From a virus (Duplodnaviria; Caudoviricetes), in IMG/VR virus record IMGVR_UViG_3300032373_000047, positions 1-38,572 of that record: a stretch of DNA of 38,572 bases, one strand, 5' to 3'. The notes beneath the pieces are model-generated. The model was not told the DNA's origin. It saw only the letters and a list, made by a program, of their open reading frames with translations, and ran no database searches. The translations under genes and the position numbers were made by a program. Shown here in pieces: positions 8,562-16,497 of the stretch (positions are counted from its first letter, which is position 1; every line of letters starts with the position of its first letter).

Positions 8562-8855
8562 TTATGCGTCCAGTTCGATGCAGTAGCTGACGCCGCTGTC
8601 AGCGGTCTGATCTTGCCAGCCTTCAGTCACGGCCATTTCTGCCGCGTTGTTGGCTCGCTCGATCACGTCGCGCGCTGCCGCGTCGGGGTGGGCGTCGCGG
8701 TCGTATTCGCCGCGCGCGAGGTCTGCCGCGTGAAGCCTAGCGGGGTTTAATCCGCTGGCTTCAATGGCTGCTGCGAATGCCTCGCGTCCTCGCTCCTTAT
8801 CTGCCTCGTCGGCGTGGCAAGGCGCGCTTGATTCACATTCTATTGAATAGGTCAT
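8562..8855 (-). CDS. Small acidic hypothetical protein
   Basis: 97 aa, rich in D/E; AAAGGAAA RBS; ATGA overlap. Confidence 0.7.
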   Translation of the reverse strand: MTYSIECESSAPCHADEADKERGREAFAAAIEASGLNPARLHAADLARGEYDRDAHPDAAARDVIERANNAAEMAVTEGWQDQTADSGVSYCIELDA

Positions 8856-9067
8856 GATGGTTTTCCTTTTTCTGCTGCGGCATAGCGGCGAAATTCACCG
8901 GCCTGGGTGAGGTATTCCGCCGCGTGGTGATGCTCTCCGCCGCGTCTGTAACCTGCCACGCATTGCACGCGGTCGCGGGCCTTTATAAGCGCGGTGCGAT
9001 AAGGTGAGCAATTCCATTTCTGGGCGTAGGTTTTGACGATCTGGTCAATGAAGGTGGCGCGGGTCAT
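8852..9067 (-). CDS. Small hypothetical protein
   Basis: 71 aa; ATGA overlaps on both sides. Confidence 0.65.
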   Translation of the reverse strand: MTRATFIDQIVKTYAQKWNCSPYRTALIKARDRVQCVAGYRRGGEHHHAAEYLTQAGEFRRYAAAEKGKPS

Positions 9068-9372
9068 GTGCCACCTGTTGCGATAGCGCGAATTGCAGTA
9101 GGCGCAAGCGCGAATTGCTTTCTAAACTCTGCGCAGTCGCCGGGCCGGTGCCAGTCCACATCGAGGGCGGCGATTTGCTCCGCGACGGCTTTGGCGTCTG
9201 CCAGTGTCGGGCGCTGCAGCTTCTCATAAATCGCAATGCCGGATGCGAAGTGATAGGCGCCCCAAGCCTTGCCAGTCTTTGCGACGGCGACGCCGTCCAT
9301 GACATAGGCGGTCGTCTGCTTGTCGCCGTAAAGGCTGTTCGGGATTGTCATCGTTTGTTTGGTGAAGGCCAT
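9064..9372 (-). CDS. Small hypothetical protein
   Basis: 102 aa; GGAAAGGA RBS; WGAYHFASGIAI...TLADAKAVAEQIAALDVDW. Confidence 0.75.
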   Translation of the reverse strand: MAFTKQTMTIPNSLYGDKQTTAYVMDGVAVAKTGKAWGAYHFASGIAIYEKLQRPTLADAKAVAEQIAALDVDWHRPGDCAEFRKQFALAPTAIRAIATGGT

Positions 9373-9379
9373 TGTTCAG

Positions 9380-9442
9380 TTTCCTTTCCAGTTATCAGCA
9401 CGCCCAATGCCCGGCCACGCTGTCGCGCTCCGGGCCTGGGCG
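9380..9442 (-). promoter_or_regulatory. Hairpin + TGCTGATAACTGGAAAGGAAA leader module, copy 2
   Basis: 9380-9400 is identical to 9950-9970; hairpin at 9401-9442. Confidence 0.75.
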
Positions 9443-9465
9443 GGTTTTCCGCAATGGGTGGGTGG

Positions 9466-9942
9466 CTAGTAGGTGCGCACCAGTGAAATAGCGTTCAGCG
9501 TGGGGGATGGCTTGGCGTTCACCAATTCCCAGACGCGCGGCGCATTCTTGCGCCAATCGTCGCCATCAAAGCGCGGCCCGGTGAGGCTGTTAAACCAGTC
9601 TGTGCGCGCTTCGCATGTCAACGCATCGATCTGGGCAAGGCAGGTTGCCCGGTGCGCGTCGGTGATCTCGCGAGTGGTAAAAACAAAATCGGCCCCGAAG
9701 TGGATTTCCTCGCCATTCATCGAATGGACGGCCCCGCCGCGATAGTCGGTCATGCCATCAAAGGTCGCGCCTTCAAAATGTTTAGCGATCTTGTCCACGG
9801 CGCGCTGTGTGGGGCCATCGGTCCAGCGAATATAAGTTGATCCGCCAGACTTGCGCACCGAAAATACAATGCCGGGGAAGGCTTCTTTCAGGGCCTTGCG
9901 GATCAATTTGTTGGTGTCGGCGTGTGATTGGTAGGTGGTCAT
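9466..9942 (-). CDS. LPD29-like (large polyvalent protein-associated domain) protein
   Basis: MTTYQSHADTNKLIRKALKEAFPGIVFSVR...IRWTDGPT...FEGATFDGMTDY matches the LPD29 pattern; ATG at 9942 after a strong RBS. Confidence 0.75.
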   Translation of the reverse strand: MTTYQSHADTNKLIRKALKEAFPGIVFSVRKSGGSTYIRWTDGPTQRAVDKIAKHFEGATFDGMTDYRGGAVHSMNGEEIHFGADFVFTTREITDAHRATCLAQIDALTCEARTDWFNSLTGPRFDGDDWRKNAPRVWELVNAKPSPTLNAISLVRTY

Positions 9943-9949
9943 GGCTGTT

Positions 9950-10020
9950 TTTCCTTTCCAGTTATCAGCAAGCCCTAAAATAGGGCGTGAAATAAGACTG
10001 TCAAGTCCTAAAATAAAGCG
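9950..10020 (-). promoter_or_regulatory. Sigma70-like promoter with repeated operator and leader module copy 1
   Basis: TTGACA (10004-9999), 16-nt spacer, TATTTT (9982-9977); CCTAAAATARRGCG at 9974 and 10007 flanks the -35. Confidence 0.65.
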
Positions 10021-10166
10021 CCAATAAATAAAAACAGCGCGGCGACAAGCCGCGCACCATATCCAGCCGCGCGCGCTCTGGCGCGCGGCAACCGGCCCGA
10101 TCCCGTGAAGGCGTAGCCAAGCGGGCGGGCTCTGCTGTCTGGTTCGGCTCCTGCGATTGCGTGCAA

Positions 10167-10510
10167 CCCTGACCCATTGGCGCACGATTGGATCGGCTCT
10201 TGACCCTGACCCCAACGAAGGGATACATAGAACGCGCTCCACGAATGCCGGGTCATTTGACCCGCTGCGGGTCGGGGGGCGGGTCAAGCTTATCCAATCA
10301 AATCAGACACTTGCGCGGCGTGTACCGCTTGTGCCGCTTGTGCCGGTCGTTTCGCCTACCTGCGTGAAAACACGCATGCATGAACGCGCGCGCGGGCGCG
10401 CAAGTAACGGGTCAGGCGGTACAAGCGGGTCAAACATAGATATATATATGATATATATGTCTTTTCCTGTTCCGTTTGTCTGTTCCGTCTGAATTTCTGG
10501 CGGGTCAATA
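10167..10510. other. Putative replication origin (iterons around an AT core)
   Basis: Many TGACCC/GGGTCA and TGTNCCG motifs in both orientations; 9-bp tandem at 10321-10345; AT-alternating core at 10436-10460; IHF-like AATCAGACACTTG at 10301. Confidence 0.6.
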
Positions 10511-10640
10511 AATATCACCCAAGGCGGCAAGCCGGGAATGCTTGGCCATTCCGGCTCTATTGTTCGCGCTTCGTGTCGGGCTGTGTGGCGGCGACGTCGC
10601 CTGGCTCCGGCAAAGTGAATTAAAAACGGGTCTGATATTC

Positions 10641-11321
10641 ATGGCACGGGAAACGGGTCTAGCGGCGGCGCTGGCGGAGGATGGCGAGGCGGTTTCGACT
10701 GGCTCGGCTCTGTCTGTTGGTGCGAACGCTTCGCAAGATGATCTTTTTGGCGATGATGTCGCGGATCAGTGCGACCAAATCGCGGCGCCGTTCGGGCTGA
10801 CGCTGCCCGGCAAAGGTCCGGGACGGCCTGCGGGCTCTCGCAATCGATCGACGGAACAGACGAAAAAGCTGATCCGGGCCATTGGCGGCGACAGTCAATT
10901 AGCGGCTGCGCGGATCGTGGCGGGCGGGCCTCTGCTGGTGCTGCGCATGGCGCAAGCCGCGCATGTCGCCGCCTATAACTGCGAGACGGATGATGAAGGG
11001 CGGCCTGTCGACGACAAAAACAAGCCGATCGAAGTCATGACGGTTTCGCAGGCGCTGGCGACATGGCAACGCGCGGGCGAATTCCTGGGCCCCTATCTGA
11101 TGGCCAAAGAGGCAACCAAGGTCGAGATCGATATTGACGGCCAGCCGGTCACGATTGTCCTGCCCGCTGGCGTCCAGGTCGAACCCGATATCAGCGGCGA
11201 CCGGCGGTCGAGCGGATCGCGCGGCTACAGCCTGCCAGATGCAACAAATTCAACGGGTTACGAGGACGACAAGGGCGAGGGTCAAACGCTCGAAGGTCAA
11301 ACGGGTGCATCAAGTGATTGA
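10641..11321 (+). CDS. Probable terminase small subunit
   Basis: GPGRPAGSRNRST motif; LGPYLMAK; immediately upstream of terL. Confidence 0.65.
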   Translation: MARETGLAAALAEDGEAVSTGSALSVGANASQDDLFGDDVADQCDQIAAPFGLTLPGKGPGRPAGSRNRSTEQTKKLIRAIGGDSQLAAARIVAGGPLLVLRMAQAAHVAAYNCETDDEGRPVDDKNKPIEVMTVSQALATWQRAGEFLGPYLMAKEATKVEIDIDGQPVTIVLPAGVQVEPDISGDRRSSGSRGYSLPDATNSTGYEDDKGEGQTLEGQTGASSD

Positions 11322-11581
11322 TTTGATGGACAGAACGCGCCGCGAGCAGGTGACTAAAACTCACCAGCGTCACACGCGCACCCGCGCGCTACACCCCCCC
11401 AGGCCCTTCGCGACCCCCCACCCCCGGAAACCGGTTTCGGATGTAAGAAACATAGGGGTCGCAGACCATTTTTGCCGTTTTCGGGCAAGCCGAATGGCGA
11501 TCAAACCTGATCGGATCAATGATTATCGGTTGAAAATGGCCCGCAACGGATGTCCAATGGTCCGGGGTCGGGGGTTTGCGC

Positions 11582-13114
11582 ATGGCTAGTGCGGCTCAAG
11601 CCCTCGCGAATTTGAACAATTGGCGAGCGCCCGGCCCGAAAGCGGCGGCGTTTTTGGCAAGTTGGGCGCCCATGAGTTTCATCATGGGGCCGGTTGCGGG
11701 TGGTAAGACCTGGACGTGTATCATCAAGTGCCTGAACATTGCGCGAGCCCAGGAGCCTAGCCCGGTCGATGGCATTCGTAAAGCGCGGATCACGATTGTT
11801 CGGATGAATTATCGCCGGGCGCATGACACGATCATCCCGTCCATCCTCAAACTGCTGCCGGAAGGTACGCCGGGCTGGAAGTTTTCGATCGTCAAGGATG
11901 GTCCCGCCGATATCGATATTCGCCTGAATGATCCCGTCCTGGGGCCGATCTGGCTGCAATTGCGGGTCCGCGCCTTTGGTGATCAGGATATTGACAGTTT
12001 CATCCGGGGTCTGGAAACCACGGCCTTCTGGCTCAATGAAACCGATGAATTGCCGCCTGACTGCCTCGGCCTGTTTTACCAGCGTGCCGGGCGTTTTCCC
12101 GGCCCGGAAGATCGCCCGGACGGGGTTGACCCGGCCTGGGCGGGCGTATTCGGCGATTTCAACGCGCCGGATGAGGATAGCTGGGTCTATGAGCAATTAT
12201 TTTTGAACCCGAAGCCGGGTGTGGAAGTCTATATCCAGCCGGGCGGGCGCGATCCGGGCGCGGAAAACGTGCAAAATCTGGAAAAAATCAGGGCCAATTA
12301 CTATGACACGATGGCGCTGCGCATGGAGCCCTGGCAGGTCAAGCGGTTTATTGACAACAAGATCGGCATGTCGCGCGTCGGCAAGCCGGTTTTTCCTGAA
12401 TTTCGGGATGAATTTCATGTCAGCCGGTCGCCCCTGGTGCCGGAAAACGGCTTCCCGCTGCGCATTGGTATCGATCCGGGCCGGTCCTGCGCGGGTTTGA
12501 TCGGGCAGACAAATTCGATGGGTCTGATGCGCCTGTTCCGTGAAGTGATCTCGCCCAATGGTGAGGCGTGGGATGCGCGCATTCTGGCGCAAAATATCGC
12601 GCGCGAACTGACCGGGAATGATGGTTTGTTCGAACCTTTCCTGACGCCCGAATTGCTGCGCTTTGCGCCCGATCCAACCTATTGCAATCAGGGCACGGGG
12701 ATTGTTGCGGAGATTACATGGCTGATCGCGTTTCGCGAGGCCATGATGGAAGAATTGGGTATCTGTCCGATCTATGCGCCGCATACCAATTTCATCGATC
12801 CGCGCCTGGCGGCGGTGCGCCGTTATCTGGCGTCACCGGACGGCACGCCGCGCCTGTTGCTGGACCCGTCCATGACGGGCACGCGGCGCGCCATGAACGG
12901 CGCTTATCGCATGGTCAAAAAACAGGGCGCGCATGGCGAATACCGGGTCGAGCCGGACAAGAATGCGGCGTCTGAACCAGCTGATGCGCTGCAATATACC
13001 TGCCTCGATGCTGCGGGTCCGGTGGGCGCTGCTGCCGGGGTATCTGTTCGCGAGAAAAGGCGGCCCCAATTGCCGCACAGGCCGCAACCGGTGATGGCCG
13101 GTGCGACGATTTGA
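11582..13114 (+). CDS. terL: Terminase large subunit
   Basis: Walker A GPVAGGKT; Walker B FWLNE; GDFNAP coupling motif; nuclease IGIDPG...PDKN..SEPADALQY. Confidence 0.92.
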   Translation: MASAAQALANLNNWRAPGPKAAAFLASWAPMSFIMGPVAGGKTWTCIIKCLNIARAQEPSPVDGIRKARITIVRMNYRRAHDTIIPSILKLLPEGTPGWKFSIVKDGPADIDIRLNDPVLGPIWLQLRVRAFGDQDIDSFIRGLETTAFWLNETDELPPDCLGLFYQRAGRFPGPEDRPDGVDPAWAGVFGDFNAPDEDSWVYEQLFLNPKPGVEVYIQPGGRDPGAENVQNLEKIRANYYDTMALRMEPWQVKRFIDNKIGMSRVGKPVFPEFRDEFHVSRSPLVPENGFPLRIGIDPGRSCAGLIGQTNSMGLMRLFREVISPNGEAWDARILAQNIARELTGNDGLFEPFLTPELLRFAPDPTYCNQGTGIVAEITWLIAFREAMMEELGICPIYAPHTNFIDPRLAAVRRYLASPDGTPRLLLDPSMTGTRRAMNGAYRMVKKQGAHGEYRVEPDKNAASEPADALQYTCLDAAGPVGAAAGVSVREKRRPQLPHRPQPVMAGATI

Positions 13115-13126
13115 CGGAGAAAAAAC

Positions 13127-13390
13127 ATGTCTAAACTGTTTGGAAGCCCCAAGATCGTGGAAACGCCTGCGCCGCCTGCGCCGCGCGATGACAGTGTGCG
13201 GGTGGGTGAGGCAGTACGCCGCCGCATTTTGAAGCGCGGCGGTCGGCAATCGACAATCCTGACCGCCCAGCCGGGCGCGGTGACAGGGCCAGCCGGTACA
13301 CCGGGCGGCGGCGGTACGCCTGCTCAACCGGGCGGCGGCGGTACGACAACGGGCGGCGGTCGTGGGTCAACGCTGTTGAGTGCGTACTGA
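13127..13390 (+). CDS. Small virion-associated protein upstream of the portal
   Basis: MSKLFGSPK...PPAP...RRR..GRQSTILT...TLL pattern typical of podoviral pre-portal genes; GGAG RBS. Confidence 0.75.
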   Translation: MSKLFGSPKIVETPAPPAPRDDSVRVGEAVRRRILKRGGRQSTILTAQPGAVTGPAGTPGGGGTPAQPGGGGTTTGGGRGSTLLSAY

Positions 13391-15009
13391 TGGGTGCTCT
13401 CAAGGAATTTGACGAATTTGAGCGCGAGCATGAAGATCTAAAATCCGAGAGATTGGCGGTCGAAAACACATGGCGCGATGTCGGCAATTATGTTGCCACG
13501 TCTGACGATATGGGGCCGATCGAGCGCGGCGGCGGTCAATTGCCGCGCAACCGTGTCGATGTCACGGCGCGGATTAATGTGCAGCGCCTGGGCGCGGTGC
13601 TGAACGGGTATCTTTTCAATCCGTTTTCGCCGTTTTTCAAGGCGCGTCTGGCCGATGGAAAGGCCAATCAGGAACAATCGCGATGGATGGCCGAAGTTGA
13701 CCGGATCATGCATGCCCGCCTGACCGGGCCGCGTGCGCCGTTTCGCCTGGCCATGGGATTGTCGCTGTATCATGCGGCGGCCTATGGCAATGCGCCGATG
13801 TGGATTGCCAACAAGGGCAAACGCTTTGTCTCGATCGCGGTGCCGGTCTGGGATGCGTGGAGCGCGGAAGACCCCGAAACCCAGCTTGTCGATACCATGC
13901 ATCGCCGGTTCCGCCTGTCGGCCTGGCGTGCGGCGCTGCGCTATCCTGACAATGAGGATTTACAAAAAATTGCGTCGAAAACCCCCAATCTGACCCAGAC
14001 ATTCATTCAGGCGATCGGTCCCAATCCGGGCGGTGTGCCGGGCTCGCGAAAACTGGCCAAGCCCTATCGCGAAACAATTGTCTGGATGGAAGGCAAGCAA
14101 GTTGTCGGCCATGACGGCTATGATGATTTTCCAGGCGCGAGTATGCGCTTTTATCGGCGGTCCAATTCAGCCTATGGCTATGGGCCGGGCACCGAGATAT
14201 TGCCTGCGGCCAAGCTGATCAATGCGCGCGAGGATAATGCGGTCCAGGCCGAAGAACAGAATATCAATCCGACGCTGCTTGACTACACCAATGGCGCGGT
14301 CGATGGGCATGATCGGCGTCCCGGCGCGCGTATCCCGGTCGATGGCGCGCAATTTGGCATGATGCGCAATGGCCGCCCGATGGAAAGATTGTTCGATCAG
14401 ATTGATCTGCGAGACAGTCATATCCGGGTTGCCGCGCTGCGCGATCAGATTGCGCAAGCCTGTTATGTGGACTGGCTGTCGCCGGGCGAAGGCGCGCATG
14501 TCACGGCGACTTTCGTGAATGACAAGCGTGATCTGCGCATGCGGGCCATGGCCACGGTTGTTTCCGGCATGGAATATGATTTCAACCAGATTGGCGATCG
14601 GTATTTCAATCTGTTCCAGCGCGCCGGTTTGATCCCGCCGCCGCCTGACAGTCTGCGCGGTGCTGAAATCGTGTTTGATTTTGTCTCGCCTCTGGCGCTG
14701 GCGCAGGAGCGCGGCCAGGTCGAGCAATTAATGGGCTGGCTGTCCGTCGCGGCGCAGGCTGTCGCCTTTGATCCAAGCGCGGGCCGTGTGGTCGATGCGC
14801 CTGAAGTGGTGCGCGATGCGGCGCGCCGGTTCAATGTGCCGGAACCTGTTATCCGATCGGCGGCGGCGCTGGCCGAGGAAGCCGCGCGCGAGCAGGACCA
14901 GGCCGAACGTGCGGAAGATGCCGAATTGTCGCAAACGGCGGCCACGGTTCTGCGCGATGCCGGGCAGGGCGCTGCGGCTCTGGCCGGGGCGGGCGGGGCG
15001 ATGCAATGA
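13390..15009 (+). CDS. Portal (head-tail connector) protein
   Basis: 539 aa; YGYGPG..ILP; TAT.V..KR; FVSPLALAQ (T7 gp8/BPP-1 type). Confidence 0.92.
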   Translation: MGALKEFDEFEREHEDLKSERLAVENTWRDVGNYVATSDDMGPIERGGGQLPRNRVDVTARINVQRLGAVLNGYLFNPFSPFFKARLADGKANQEQSRWMAEVDRIMHARLTGPRAPFRLAMGLSLYHAAAYGNAPMWIANKGKRFVSIAVPVWDAWSAEDPETQLVDTMHRRFRLSAWRAALRYPDNEDLQKIASKTPNLTQTFIQAIGPNPGGVPGSRKLAKPYRETIVWMEGKQVVGHDGYDDFPGASMRFYRRSNSAYGYGPGTEILPAAKLINAREDNAVQAEEQNINPTLLDYTNGAVDGHDRRPGARIPVDGAQFGMMRNGRPMERLFDQIDLRDSHIRVAALRDQIAQACYVDWLSPGEGAHVTATFVNDKRDLRMRAMATVVSGMEYDFNQIGDRYFNLFQRAGLIPPPPDSLRGAEIVFDFVSPLALAQERGQVEQLMGWLSVAAQAVAFDPSAGRVVDAPEVVRDAARRFNVPEPVIRSAAALAEEAAREQDQAERAEDAELSQTAATVLRDAGQGAAALAGAGGAMQ

Positions 15010-15338
15010 TACAAATACGCCTGCATCTTGATCTGAAAAAACTGCCGCGCATTCCGCTGTTGACATCGCCCTTCATCGACGAATTGGAGCGGCGCGCAGC
15101 GTATGAACGGGTGTTCTTTGGATCACCGGATGGCGCGCTTGTCCTGGCGGACATGCTGAAAAGCTGGGGCGCACTGTCACCGAGTTTCACTGCGCCGGGT
15201 TTTGATCCCGTTGTCGCGGCCCATAATGACGGCGCGAAACACGCCGTTTTATCCATCCTGCGCGAGGCCGGGGGTGATCCCGACAAGCTGGCGCAGGCTA
15301 TCACACGAAACGCATTGGAGGACACGCGCAATGAGTGA
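15006..15338 (+). CDS. Bbp19-like protein
   Basis: YERVFFGSPDGALVLADM...AHNDGAKHAVLSI; lies between portal and scaffold. Confidence 0.7.
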   Translation: MIQIRLHLDLKKLPRIPLLTSPFIDELERRAAYERVFFGSPDGALVLADMLKSWGALSPSFTAPGFDPVVAAHNDGAKHAVLSILREAGGDPDKLAQAITRNALEDTRNE

Positions 15339-16302
15339 ATTATTGAATGACGGCCAGGCTGGTGAAGCTGGCAAAACGGGTGATTCGGCGGCTGTTGCTG
15401 CGGCGGCGGCCAGTGCTGCGGCGGGCGATAAGGGCGCGGCGGGCGAGGCTGGCACGGCTGGCAAGGCTGCGGCGGCGGCCAGTGCTGCGGCGGGTGATGC
15501 TGGCGGGTCTGATGACTGGCTGGGCGGTATCAAGGATGCCGAGGCCCGCGATTACATCACGCGGATCGGCGCCAAGGATTTGGAAAGTGCCTTGCGGCAT
15601 GGGGCCAGCGTTGAAAAAATGCTGGGCGTTCCCAAGGATCGCCTGATGCGCTGGCCGGAGCGGACCCGTCTGGAAGACCCGGACGCCTATAAGGATATCA
15701 TGGAAAAGCTGGGTCTGCCGACCGGCGATGATGCGCATACGAAATACGATTTGCCGGAAGTCGATGGCGTGTTCAAATTCGCTGACGATACCGAAAAGGC
15801 GGCGCTGCAAAAAGCGTTTCACGAATTGGGTATTCTGCCCGATCAGGCCAAGGGTGTGATGGAAAAACTCTATGCACCGATGATCAAGGCCCAGGCCGAA
15901 AAGTCGGCGGCGGCCAGCGCGGCAGCGGCCAGCGAAGCCGAGGCGGCGCTGAAGGCCGAATGGGGCGCGAAGTATGACGAAAATCTGGGCCTGGCGCAGG
16001 CGGGCGAATTGGCCCTGCCGGAGGAAACCTCGGCCTGGATGGTGGAAAAGGGTCTGAATAATGATCCGCACATGATCCGTATTTTGCAGGATATCGGCGC
16101 GGCGCGCGTCGAGGCGGGCGAAGCGCCAGGGCGCGGCGACGGGTCTGGTCCCGGCAGGCGCACGCCGGATGAAATGCGCGCGTCTGTCGCAGATTTTGAG
16201 GAACGCCATAGCGCGGCGCTGAATAATGCGGGTCATCCTGATCACGATTTGCGGGTCAAGGAACGCATGCAGATCATCAAGAGCGGTTCGCCTTCGGGCT
16301 GA
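15331..16302 (+). CDS. Capsid scaffolding protein
   Basis: GGAGG RBS; Ala/Gly-rich N-terminus; LKAEWGAKYDENL; GHPDH..RVKE C-terminus; upstream of the capsid gene. Confidence 0.85.
   Translation: MSELLNDGQAGEAGKTGDSAAVAAAAASAAAGDKGAAGEAGTAGKAAAAASAAAGDAGGSDDWLGGIKDAEARDYITRIGAKDLESALRHGASVEKMLGVPKDRLMRWPERTRLEDPDAYKDIMEKLGLPTGDDAHTKYDLPEVDGVFKFADDTEKAALQKAFHELGILPDQAKGVMEKLYAPMIKAQAEKSAAASAAAASEAEAALKAEWGAKYDENLGLAQAGELALPEETSAWMVEKGLNNDPHMIRILQDIGAARVEAGEAPGRGDGSGPGRRTPDEMRASVADFEERHSAALNNAGHPDHDLRVKERMQIIKSGSPSG
15397..15494 (+). repeat. 29-bp in-frame direct repeat in the scaffold N-terminus
   Basis: GCTGCGGCGGCGGCCAGTGCTGCGGCGGG at 15397 and 15466. Confidence 0.9.
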
Positions 16303-16349
16303 TCGCGGCTTGACGGCGCGCACGAATTAGTGCAGCCGTATCGAGTAAC

Positions 16350-16497
16350 GCCTGAACGGGCGGGGAATTCGCACATTGCGGGTCCGCCCTGTTCAGGCCG
16401 GTTGGGCACACGATAGGCGCCAAGGCACGGGTCCGGTCCTTTCCGGGGAATTCAGCCGCTGTTGGAAACAATGGCTGAACTCGGAAAGGAGACCGAC
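16350..16497 (+). promoter_or_regulatory. Structured 5' leader of the capsid gene
   Basis: Hairpin at 16350-16398; second bulged hairpin at 16429-16453; alternative helix pairs TCCTTTCCG with the RBS CGGAAAGGA. Confidence 0.7.

Noticed and set aside
8506-9970. CRISPR array made of the TGCTGATAACTG repeats
   Set aside because: The copies are 570-880 bp apart and separated by genes; there are no cas genes.
11134-11589. ORF spanning the terS-terL gap
   Set aside because: Atypical composition, overlap with terS, and it crosses the C-tract; likely non-coding.
13301-15494. Short direct repeats in the pre-portal gene (13301/13328) and scaffold (15397/15466), and similarly in the HhH gene (7604/7649)
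   Set aside because: These are in-frame duplications in low-complexity linkers, with no sign of a further function.
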